From a virus (lineage: Duplodnaviria; Caudoviricetes): 24,902 bases of DNA. Made by a program: the position numbers and the translations under genes. The DNA lies in IMG/VR virus record IMGVR_UViG_3300010148_000105, positions 1 to 24,902 of that record. One strand, written 5' to 3'. Shown here piece after piece: positions 1-6,920 of this stretch (position 1 is its first letter; every line of letters starts with the position of its first letter). The notes under the pieces were generated by a model that did no database searches, had not been told where the DNA came from, and was given only the letters and a program-made list of their open reading frames with translations.

Positions 1-579
1 ACAAACACAGGCTGTTGGGATTGTTTCAAATGCGACAATTGCAACTACTGCCACAAATGCGACAATTGCAACTACTGTTATCACTGCACCGACTGCAACG
101 ACTGCTACTTCTGCAATAACTGCAACTACTGCTACAAATGCAACAACTGCGACGACTGCCAAGACTGCAAAGACTGTGACAACTGCAACAACTGCAACAA
201 ATGCAATAACTGCAAACTCTGCTACAACTGCGATGGCTGCTACAAATGCTATGACTGCAAACTCTGCTACTTCTGCAAACACTGCAACGACTGCTACTTC
301 TGCAATAACTGCAACAACTGCTACAACTGCACCGACTGCGACGACTGCCAAGACTGCAAAGACTGTGACAACTGCAACAACTGCAACAAATGCTATAAAT
401 GCAGCTCCTGCGACGACTGCAACAAATGCTATAAATGCAGCTCCTGCGACAATTGCAGCTCCTGCGACGACTGCCAAGACTGCAAAGACTGTAACAACTG
501 CAACAACTGCTACAACTGCACCGACTGCAGATACTGCGTAAGGGGCAACAACCTAGAAGGTGAATACAATTACTACTAA
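1..579 (+). CDS. 5'-truncated Cys-rich (CxxCxx)n repeat protein, probable beta-solenoid or metal-binding protein
   Basis: Frame +1 is open from base 1 to TAA at 577-579: TNTGCWDCFKCDNCNYCHKCDNCNYCYHCTDC...CNNCYNCTDCRYCVRGNNLEGEYNYY*. Cys occurs at every third codon from 13 to 537 (59 Cys). TGC/TGT exchange is synonymous only in this frame. Start lies upstream of the window. Confidence 0.85.
   Translation, partial: TNTGCWDCFKCDNCNYCHKCDNCNYCYHCTDCNDCYFCNNCNYCYKCNNCDDCQDCKDCDNCNNCNKCNNCKLCYNCDGCYKCYDCKLCYFCKHCNDCYFCNNCNNCYNCTDCDDCQDCKDCDNCNNCNKCYKCSSCDDCNKCYKCSSCDNCSSCDDCQDCKDCNNCNNCYNCTDCRYCVRGNNLEGEYNYY
13..537 (+). repeat. Degenerate 9-bp tandem array (TGY NNN NNN) with higher-order block duplications
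   Basis: 59 in-phase TGY codons spaced 9 bp apart. 148-204 is identical to 337-393 (57 bp), and 463-510 matches 148-195 with one mismatch. Confidence 0.95.
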
Positions 580-634
580 AATATTTAAAATTTATAAAGT
601 TATTAAGAACACATAATATAAAAAGGAGAGACTT

Positions 635-1282
635 ATGATAGACAGAAAACTAGAATTGATAGATTTACCTTTATTTGAGGGTATAACCATGAACGATACT
701 ACTGCGGTGGAATTGCAGGGAGCGTTAGATAACTTGCCCTTAAAAGAAGTATTAAAAGGGGTAGGAGTACACGGGTTAAAAGAAATTCTTTACGTAGAAA
801 TGATGGGCAAAGCTCGCATGGATACTTGCAGACGTACATACCAAAAAATACGTAAAGCTATCCGTAGAAGATACATAATAGCTTATATAGGTAGTTGCAA
901 ATCACTTAACATACCTCTACCAGATAATTTTAGGGGCACTGATATAGACATATCTACAAATGCTAGCCCATTGCCTTTAAAAGAACAAGAACTTTTTAAA
1001 CAGCTATGTACCTACCACGAGAAATTGCTGTCCCTACAAAAAGAATTAGATAATGATAACTTTTTCGATGATTTACCAAGTTTAAGCCTAAATCAAATAA
1101 CTGAGTTTCTTTATGCTGAAATGCAAGGCAAAGCTCGCATGGCAACCTGTAAAGATATATTTAGCCTACTATTGCGTAAAATAGATCGTAAATACGATAA
1201 AATGTATATAGATGCATGTAAGTTTCAAATGGTATCATTGCCCGATTACATAAAGCAAAACTGTAATATTAAAGAGGATTAG
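635..1282 (+). CDS. Hypothetical phage protein made of two tandem ~107-aa homologous halves
   Basis: Strong SD (AAGGAG) upstream. LQGALDN...LYVEMMGKARMDTC...YIGSCK...LPD aligns with LQKELDN...LYAEMQGKARMATC...YIDACK...LPD. Confidence 0.85.
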   Translation: MIDRKLELIDLPLFEGITMNDTTAVELQGALDNLPLKEVLKGVGVHGLKEILYVEMMGKARMDTCRRTYQKIRKAIRRRYIIAYIGSCKSLNIPLPDNFRGTDIDISTNASPLPLKEQELFKQLCTYHEKLLSLQKELDNDNFFDDLPSLSLNQITEFLYAEMQGKARMATCKDIFSLLLRKIDRKYDKMYIDACKFQMVSLPDYIKQNCNIKED

Positions 1283-1284
1283 TT

Positions 1285-1605
1285 ATGCTGAAAGCTAGAA
1301 AAGAGGGTCTACCTGAGTCTAAAGTCGAGGCATACCTAGTTAAAGAGGTCAAGAAGCTAGGAGGTGTCGCTGAAAAGTTTACATCTCCCGCTAGACGTTC
1401 AGTCCCAGACAGGGTTATTACCTTACCTAACTTACCCGTATTTTTCATCGAATGTAAAGCTACAGGTGAAAAACCAACAGATGCGCAACTACGTGACCAT
1501 AATAAGAGGAGAGACCTAGGACAAACAGTTCATGTTGTGGACTCATATACGAGTGTAGATGATGTACTGATGCCTTACAAGGAGGGAGTATGGCTAGCGA
1601 AATAA
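1285..1605 (+). CDS. VRR-NUC domain nuclease (PD-(D/E)xK; Holliday junction resolvase-like)
   Basis: ESKVEAYLVKEVKKLGG...KFTSP...SVPDR...FIECKATGEKPTDAQ...G..VHVVDS is the typical phage VRR-NUC pattern. It sits directly upstream of an SNF2 helicase and has an SD (GAGG). Confidence 0.92.
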   Translation: MLKARKEGLPESKVEAYLVKEVKKLGGVAEKFTSPARRSVPDRVITLPNLPVFFIECKATGEKPTDAQLRDHNKRRDLGQTVHVVDSYTSVDDVLMPYKEGVWLAK

Positions 1606-3008
1606 AGACTTTTACACCTCATAGCTACCAACAGGGGGCTATTGATTTTTTAGAGAACGTCAAAAAGTCTGCGATGTGGCTACCTATGGGGGCGGGTAAG
1701 ACCTCATGTACGTTAAGCCATATAAATTACCTTAAAAATAAATTCAAAGGCTCAACGGTTCTAATAGTAGCTCCTTTGTCGGTTGTCGAGTTAACGTGGG
1801 CGCAAGAGTGCGCTAAGTGGGAACAATTTAAGGACACCACCATAGCTACTTTACACGGAACCAATAAAGAGAAGGTGTATTTAGAAAGCAGGCCAGATAT
1901 ATTCTTAATAAACTATGAAGGGTTAGCTTGGCTAGAGAAGTGTATTATCAAACATAAGCTACTAAAATTTAATGCTATAATATTCGATGAATCTAGTAAA
2001 CTAAAATCTTGGTCTACAACTAGATTTAAAATATGTAAAGGTTTGTGTAAATTAGTTAAACGTGTAGTTCTGCTTTCAGCCACCCCATCCCCGAATAACT
2101 ACCTCGACTTATGGTCGCAGTATTATCTCCTAGATAAAGGGGAAAGGCTTGGCAAGACTATATCTGCTTTTAAGGCTAGGTTCTTTTATGAAGTGGGTTA
2201 TAACTTTAAAGAATATAAAATACGTCCTGAATGTAAAGAATTAATACCTAAACTTGTCGCGGATATAACCTATAGAATAGATGAAGCTGAACTCCCTAGT
2301 ATCCCAGAACTATCTTTAAATAAAATAAACGTAAAACTAACTAAGAAGCTTAAAAAGAAATATGAGAGCTTAGAAAAAGATATGTTTTACGAATTGGATA
2401 GCTCAAAAGATGAAGGTATAGAAGCGTTTAATGCAGCGAGTTTAACAGGTAAATGTAGACAGTTTGTACAAGGGTTTCTATACCACGACCTAGTAGATGA
2501 TTTGCCTAGAGAAGTTGAGAAGATCCATACTTTAAAGTTAGATGTATTGAAGGATTTTGTAGAAGGTATGAATGGTGAACCGCTTTTGATAGCCTATACT
2601 TTTAGGTATGAGTATGAAATGTTAAAATCCGCACTGGGTGAGGATGTTCCGCATTTAGGTAGCGGGACTCCTTCTGCTAAGATGAAAGAATACGAAAAGC
2701 TATGGAATAGTAAAGAACTACCTATTATGTTATGTAATCCCGCGAGTGTCAGTCATGGGTTGAACCTTCAAAAAGGAGGGCATAATATCCTATGGTATAG
2801 TTTAACGTATAGTTGGGAGCAATATACTCAGTTAATAGGTAGACTCCACCGTCAAGGACAGCGTAATGAGGTGCGTAACCATATACTCTTGATGGAGGAT
2901 ACTATAGATGTAGCTGTGTTTAACAAATTACAAGCAAAAGAACAAGGGCAACGTGCTTTTTTAGATGCTATCTACCAGTATCAAAAAACCAAAGAATCTG
3001 GAAATTAG
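1590..3008 (+). CDS. SNF2-family (superfamily 2) DNA helicase/ATPase
   Basis: Q motif (HSYQ), Walker A (LPMGAGKT), Walker B (IFDESS), motif III (SATP), motif V (HGLNLQ), motif VI (GRLHRQGQ). SD AAGGAGG. Confidence 0.95.
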   Translation: MASEIKTFTPHSYQQGAIDFLENVKKSAMWLPMGAGKTSCTLSHINYLKNKFKGSTVLIVAPLSVVELTWAQECAKWEQFKDTTIATLHGTNKEKVYLESRPDIFLINYEGLAWLEKCIIKHKLLKFNAIIFDESSKLKSWSTTRFKICKGLCKLVKRVVLLSATPSPNNYLDLWSQYYLLDKGERLGKTISAFKARFFYEVGYNFKEYKIRPECKELIPKLVADITYRIDEAELPSIPELSLNKINVKLTKKLKKKYESLEKDMFYELDSSKDEGIEAFNAASLTGKCRQFVQGFLYHDLVDDLPREVEKIHTLKLDVLKDFVEGMNGEPLLIAYTFRYEYEMLKSALGEDVPHLGSGTPSAKMKEYEKLWNSKELPIMLCNPASVSHGLNLQKGGHNILWYSLTYSWEQYTQLIGRLHRQGQRNEVRNHILLMEDTIDVAVFNKLQAKEQGQRAFLDAIYQYQKTKESGN

Positions 3009-3028
3009 GAGTATATCTTAAAAGTATA

Positions 3029-3062
3029 TATAATAAGTATGTAGCTGTATAATTTTTGGGGG
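3029..3062 (+). promoter_or_regulatory. Possible sigma70-type promoter and RBS for the 3070-4132 gene trio
   Basis: Two perfect TATAAT hexamers (3029-3034, 3048-3053) in the only intergenic gap, followed by a GGGGG SD-like run. No good -35, and the background is AT-rich. Confidence 0.3.
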
Positions 3063-3069
3063 TATCTTA

Positions 3070-3300
3070 ATGACTTTATTTTTAATATTATGCGCTGTAT
3101 TGGGGGCATTTTTAGCTAATAAATATAGGCGCACTGAGGTTTTATGGTGCATATTGTGCGGGATTGTACCTTTACTGCTATTCTTATTATTGATTCTAGG
3201 TGAGCGGGAGCTCACCGTTGAAGAAAAAGCTCGTAAAAAGATAGCGGAAGAAATTGAGCAAGCAGAGTTAAACAAAAAGCTAAAAGAATTACGCGGGTAA
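3070..3300 (+). CDS. Small membrane protein (2 TM helices, charged C-terminal tail)
   Basis: Two hydrophobic stretches separated by NKYRRTE, then an E/K-rich helix. Confidence 0.75.
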   Translation: MTLFLILCAVLGAFLANKYRRTEVLWCILCGIVPLLLFLLLILGERELTVEEKARKKIAEEIEQAELNKKLKELRG

Positions 3301-3303
3301 ATA

Positions 3304-3705
3304 ATGAAGCAGCCATCAGATGATACCAAGCTAATATACGATATGGTGACTAACCTACAAAAACACCTAGGATCTATAGAACGAGATCTTTACAAATCCG
3401 ATTTTAAAATAGATTCTTTATCTTCCGATTTTGATGACTTAAAGGTATCTCTACAACAACTTAAATCTAAGATAAATTCTTTAGATAATAAAGTTTTAAC
3501 TCAAGAAGTGAAAACCAAGCATACAAATAAAATACTCACCGTGGTTAGTATTGTGGCGTCAATATTACTAGCTACTTTTACTTATTACTCAGAATATCTG
3601 AGTAATAGTCCTAGTGCCAGTGAACAACAGAAAAACATAGATCTTTTATGGGTCAAGTACAATAAGTTAATGGAGAGACATATAGATGGTAAAACTTATA
3701 AATAG
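3304..3705 (+). CDS. Coiled-coil protein with one TM helix (possible holin/lysis accessory)
   Basis: Heptad-like N-terminal 75 aa, then ILTVVSIVASILLATFTYY. Overlaps the u-spanin gene. Function is inferred from position only. Confidence 0.7.
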   Translation: MKQPSDDTKLIYDMVTNLQKHLGSIERDLYKSDFKIDSLSSDFDDLKVSLQQLKSKINSLDNKVLTQEVKTKHTNKILTVVSIVASILLATFTYYSEYLSNSPSASEQQKNIDLLWVKYNKLMERHIDGKTYK

Positions 3706-4132
3706 GTTCATAGTACTCTTACTAATATGCACTAGTCTATCGGGCTGTACATCTTTAGGTGCGGTATGGTCGGCTTTATCTAACGTAGTAGGTGGTACGA
3801 CTAATAACTCAGGCTCACAACGCAGCATCACTGTTGATACAAAGCTTAGTAACCAAAAAGGGGATAACAACTATAAAGCCCAGGGCGGTAGTGTTGACTC
3901 CAAGCACATAAATGACAGTAAAGTAGCGGGTAATAACCAAAACAACTACCAAGCGGATAAACTTACGGTGAACCAAGATAGTTTTTGGAGAACTATAGGG
4001 TCTTTCTTTTTTGGGTTTTTATTATGTGGCATAGCCGTATTTCTATGCGGGTGGTACCTACCGCAACCTAAACATGTACAGAAATTTAAAAGCGTGCTAT
4101 CCAAGACCAAAACTAAGTTCAGATCTAAATAG
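3686..4132 (+). CDS. Probable unimolecular spanin (u-spanin, T1 gp11-type architecture)
   Basis: Lipoprotein signal with lipobox LSG-C (Cys21), S/N/G/T-rich periplasmic part ending QADKLTVNQ, C-terminal TM helix (IGSFFFGFLLCGIAVFLCGWYLP) and a basic cytoplasmic tail. SD GGAG upstream. Confidence 0.78.
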   Translation: MVKLINRFIVLLLICTSLSGCTSLGAVWSALSNVVGGTTNNSGSQRSITVDTKLSNQKGDNNYKAQGGSVDSKHINDSKVAGNNQNNYQADKLTVNQDSFWRTIGSFFFGFLLCGIAVFLCGWYLPQPKHVQKFKSVLSKTKTKFRSK

Positions 4133-4517
4133 ACATACTCACTGCTGTATTATACGCCTTGATATACTCACCGAAGTACCTTACTTTTAGGTTACACCGC
4201 TGTAATGCCTTAGATGCAACAAAATAGTTCCTCTTTAGCATATATACTACCGTTAGTAGTTTCTCTTTATCACGCTTGGAGATGTTTGTATTACTCAGAG
4301 TTTCATAGAATACCTTTATAGGTGAATCATGTATCGTTTGCCCTTTAAAAGTTGTAGGAGCTAGAATACTACTAGGTACATTTATCGTAGGCTTTATTAT
4401 GCCTTTATTTTGCAGTAGACTGCACCCTGATAAGCTAAACGTGGCTATCTGCATAATAAGGAGGGTAAGCATCTTCCTCTTTTTCAATACTGCGTTTAGC
4501 AAGTATATATCTACCAT
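4125..4517 (-). CDS. Lipoprotein, probable o-spanin (Rz1-like)
   Basis: KKRK plus hydrophobic core and lipobox LSG-C, then KPTINVPSSILAP Pro-rich segment and a helical C-terminus with one Cys. Starts inside the upstream TM-anchored ORF in another frame. Confidence 0.62.
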   Translation of the reverse strand: MVDIYLLNAVLKKRKMLTLLIMQIATFSLSGCSLLQNKGIIKPTINVPSSILAPTTFKGQTIHDSPIKVFYETLSNTNISKRDKEKLLTVVYMLKRNYFVASKALQRCNLKVRYFGEYIKAYNTAVSMSI

Positions 4518-4728
4518 ATAAATCCTTATTCGTCTTAGTGAGTTTGTATTCTATCAAGGCTACCTTTGTCGCATCTATCTTAGTGCATTTTATCTCCGAG
4601 TGTATTCTCCCTTGATTAATGCCTTGGAGGAAACCCACTATAGCTATAGCTACCCCCATGAGTACGAAAATAATCCTTGATCTTACAATACGTTTCAAGT
4701 TATTGCAGTAGTTCCTGCAGAACCCCAT
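4435..4728 (-). CDS. N-terminally membrane-anchored protein, probable i-spanin (Rz-like)
   Basis: Basic N-terminus, single TM (IIFVLMGVAIAIVGFL), QG..QG..SEIKC segment and helical periplasmic part. 83-bp overlap with the downstream lipoprotein gene, at the end of the late operon. Confidence 0.6.
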   Translation of the reverse strand: MGFCRNYCNNLKRIVRSRIIFVLMGVAIAIVGFLQGINQGRIHSEIKCTKIDATKVALIEYKLTKTNKDLYGRYILAKRSIEKEEDAYPPYYADSHV

Positions 4729-4762
4729 AGCTATACAACCATATATTTCCTAGTATTAATTA

Positions 4763-4781
4763 ATTATACATTATAACCACG
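4763..4781 (-). promoter_or_regulatory. Possible promoter -10 region upstream of the Rz/Rz1-like pair
   Basis: Minus strand reads CGTGGTTATAATGTATAAT (two TATAAT) in the 74-bp intergenic gap. Confidence 0.3.
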
Positions 4782-4802
4782 AGTTACACCTAATTCAGGT
4801 CT

Positions 4803-5327
4803 CTATGCTTTACGTAACCCTATCCTACCTGTTACTAATAGGTATACTATCATAGCGCTGAAAGTAACCATAGCGCCATTGTTTATGAACCAGAAAGTAA
4901 ATACTACAAACCCCTCGTAAGGTAGCCACTTAAAGTTTACCAGAAAGTTATATATATTTAGCAACAAAAAAAAGCCGCCCGCAAAAAGTAGTAGCACAGA
5001 CATAGCATTAGGTACTTTATCCTTCATGTATACAAAGCAGTATATGAAGCTACAGAATATAAGCTGCAAGATATCACTGCCTAACCAAAAATAACTCATA
5101 AAGTCTTGGTATTTCCATAAAGTAAAACTGTTCCTATATATACCTAAACAGTTTAAGACTGTTACTACTAGGGTTATTAGCAATAGTAACTTCCTACGTG
5201 TGTCATTTATATTTTTAGTGTTGAAAAAAAGCGTCCTTAGTAGTGATAACATTAATATGTCCCCTATAATCCTTAATAAGTTGTATACGTGTTCATAAGG
5301 CGTATATGCCGATAAAAACCTAGCCAT
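4803..5327 (-). CDS. Polytopic membrane protein (4-5 TM), function unknown
   Basis: Several hydrophobic F/L/I-rich helices and a basic C-terminus. SD-like GGGGGA before ATG 5327 and GGGGA before an in-frame ATG at 5252. Confidence 0.75.
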   Translation of the reverse strand: MARFLSAYTPYEHVYNLLRIIGDILMLSLLRTLFFNTKNINDTRRKLLLLITLVVTVLNCLGIYRNSFTLWKYQDFMSYFWLGSDILQLIFCSFIYCFVYMKDKVPNAMSVLLLFAGGFFLLLNIYNFLVNFKWLPYEGFVVFTFWFINNGAMVTFSAMIVYLLVTGRIGLRKA

Positions 5328-5862
5328 CTGTATCCCCCGAATAGTCTAAAACACATTTTAACCCCCCATCTACATAAGGTGTTGTTTGATCCATCATACT
5401 CGGCGTGTAAATCTCTGGGGATATTATTTTTGTGTTAAAATAACGCACCTCATTTATGTTAAACTGAAACCTTAACCAAGCTTCTTGATTCCCTGATATC
5501 AAATTCAACCTATAGTCCTGCGAGTATGAACTTATAAATACCATGCGTTTGCGCGTATACGCATCACTAAATATCTGTGCTAAGAAAAAACTATCCTTAG
5601 CATTTATTGTTCCTTTGAAATGGTAAGACACCTTGCTTTCTGGCGAACTGTACGCCCTTGTGCATACTGCCTTGCCGTAGGGCGCATTACCCTCTATATA
5701 TGGGTTAGGTGTGAACACCACGCTAGTTGACCTACCTGTTGTAGGGTTCTGCTCTTGCCCCTCAAAAGCCTCAAAAGTATACGTGGTAGGTAGTATAGGT
5801 TCCGCCATAAGGATGTTGCTCCATAATATTGTGCTAATTATAATTAAAATACGTGGCATCAT
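5320..5862 (-). CDS. Secreted/periplasmic protein with Sec-type signal peptide, function unknown
   Basis: MMPRILIIISTILWSNILMA-EP looks like a cleavable signal peptide. Beta-rich mature part with two Cys. ATGA overlap with the fibre gene. Confidence 0.75.
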   Translation of the reverse strand: MMPRILIIISTILWSNILMAEPILPTTYTFEAFEGQEQNPTTGRSTSVVFTPNPYIEGNAPYGKAVCTRAYSSPESKVSYHFKGTINAKDSFFLAQIFSDAYTRKRMVFISSYSQDYRLNLISGNQEAWLRFQFNINEVRYFNTKIISPEIYTPSMMDQTTPYVDGGLKCVLDYSGDTDG

Positions 5863-6917
5863 GACACCCTGTACCAGTGCATTAGTTTCTGGTTTACCAC
5901 AGCCAAGCCATGATTATGCCCTTGGTTAGAGCCTCCTAGTGCCGCTGTACCGCTACAGGTTCCTGTGATAGGATAGGTTATATTCGGAGGAGGTACAGCA
6001 TAAGTCGCAAAGAGAGACTTAGCCCCATAAAAATCATACCCAGGAGTTGAGTTATACTCTCTAGGCACGGTGGAACTGCCCGATATACTCCCACTAAAAC
6101 TTATATTATGGGACGGGAGCTGGGATACTGTGATCGCATGTGCCCCCGTATTGCCCGTGTCTAGCCTGTTTGAACCTGATGTGGTGCCTACATTAGTTGA
6201 GCTAGCCGTCATGACCGCCCTGCCTTCTGGTAAAAGTGTCCAGTGTACACCTAGGACTCCTTGCAAAGGAGGAGCTATATTACTATTAGCTGTGAACACC
6301 GACCCTATGGGGTGTACGAAGTCCAGTATCTTCTTCTCTCCTGCTTGCGTTAGGGTAGCTAAGTCGGAGTTAACGCCTTTCTCAACGCCCATGACTCCTA
6401 GCTCGCCTGAGGTTAATTTAGATACGGTGTACACGACATTACTCTGCCCAGAGGCGGTATATGAGTTAACATAATCTCCATTGCGGTAAATTTGTTGTCC
6501 AGCAGCAGGGTAAAAGTTTAGATCTCCATCAGAGTAGCTTATAACGGTAAGTGAGAAATTAAGGGGATAAAGGTTTGAGTCTAAAAAATGAAGGTCAACA
6601 CTAGGTTGCCCCACATAGTTAAGTAGCCACACTACCCTACCGTTGTAATCTGTCCCTATGTTATACGACCCTGGACTTAGTGAATTATAATAATCAAACG
6701 CCTGCGCTACCTGCACCCAAGAGTTATTATCCTTGTTTCTTATGTATAGTATTTGGTTCGCTGTATCTAACCATTGCTGTCCTGGTACTGTCAACGCAGG
6801 TGCGGTATTGCCGCTGAAACTAGTTAATAAGGCATCATCATTATTGCGTATATTAGGTTCATTCGCACTAGGGCTTGAATTGGGATCTGTAGTTGGCTGT
6901 ATATAGTTCTGTGACAT
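5859..6917 (-). CDS. Tail fibre / receptor-binding protein with collar-like (T4 gp10/gp12 C-terminal-like) domain
   Basis: N-terminal SGNTAP...GQQWLDT module. C-terminal HPIGSVF...W..LPEGR...TGAHAITVSQLPSH...GHNH...WYRVS pattern typical of fibre collar/tip domains. Confidence 0.82.
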   Translation of the reverse strand: MSQNYIQPTTDPNSSPSANEPNIRNNDDALLTSFSGNTAPALTVPGQQWLDTANQILYIRNKDNNSWVQVAQAFDYYNSLSPGSYNIGTDYNGRVVWLLNYVGQPSVDLHFLDSNLYPLNFSLTVISYSDGDLNFYPAAGQQIYRNGDYVNSYTASGQSNVVYTVSKLTSGELGVMGVEKGVNSDLATLTQAGEKKILDFVHPIGSVFTANSNIAPPLQGVLGVHWTLLPEGRAVMTASSTNVGTTSGSNRLDTGNTGAHAITVSQLPSHNISFSGSISGSSTVPREYNSTPGYDFYGAKSLFATYAVPPPNITYPITGTCSGTAALGGSNQGHNHGLAVVNQKLMHWYRVS

Positions 6918-6920
6918 GTG

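Noticed and set aside
13-537. Diversity-generating retroelement variable region (many x codons look like AAC mutated at adenines)
   Set aside because: No reverse transcriptase or separate template repeat is in the window, and frequent AAA, AAT, TAT and CAA codons are not explained by adenine-only mutagenesis of AAC. Slippage duplication explains the pattern more simply.
176-541. Track ORF 'MTTATTATNA...' (121 aa) as the real gene
   Set aside because: It is the shifted reading of the Cys array. The invariant element is TGY every 9 bp, synonymous only in frame +1, and its GTG start lies mid-repeat with no SD.
3018-3870. Minus-strand track ORFs 3018-3329 and 3667-3870
   Set aside because: They are antisense shadows of coupled + strand genes that have SD sites and coherent membrane topology.
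4698-4722. Short match (CTGCAATAACT; peptide CRNYCNN) between the i-spanin start and the Cys array
   Set aside because: An 11-bp match to a 0.5-kb low-complexity array is expected by chance in 25 kb.
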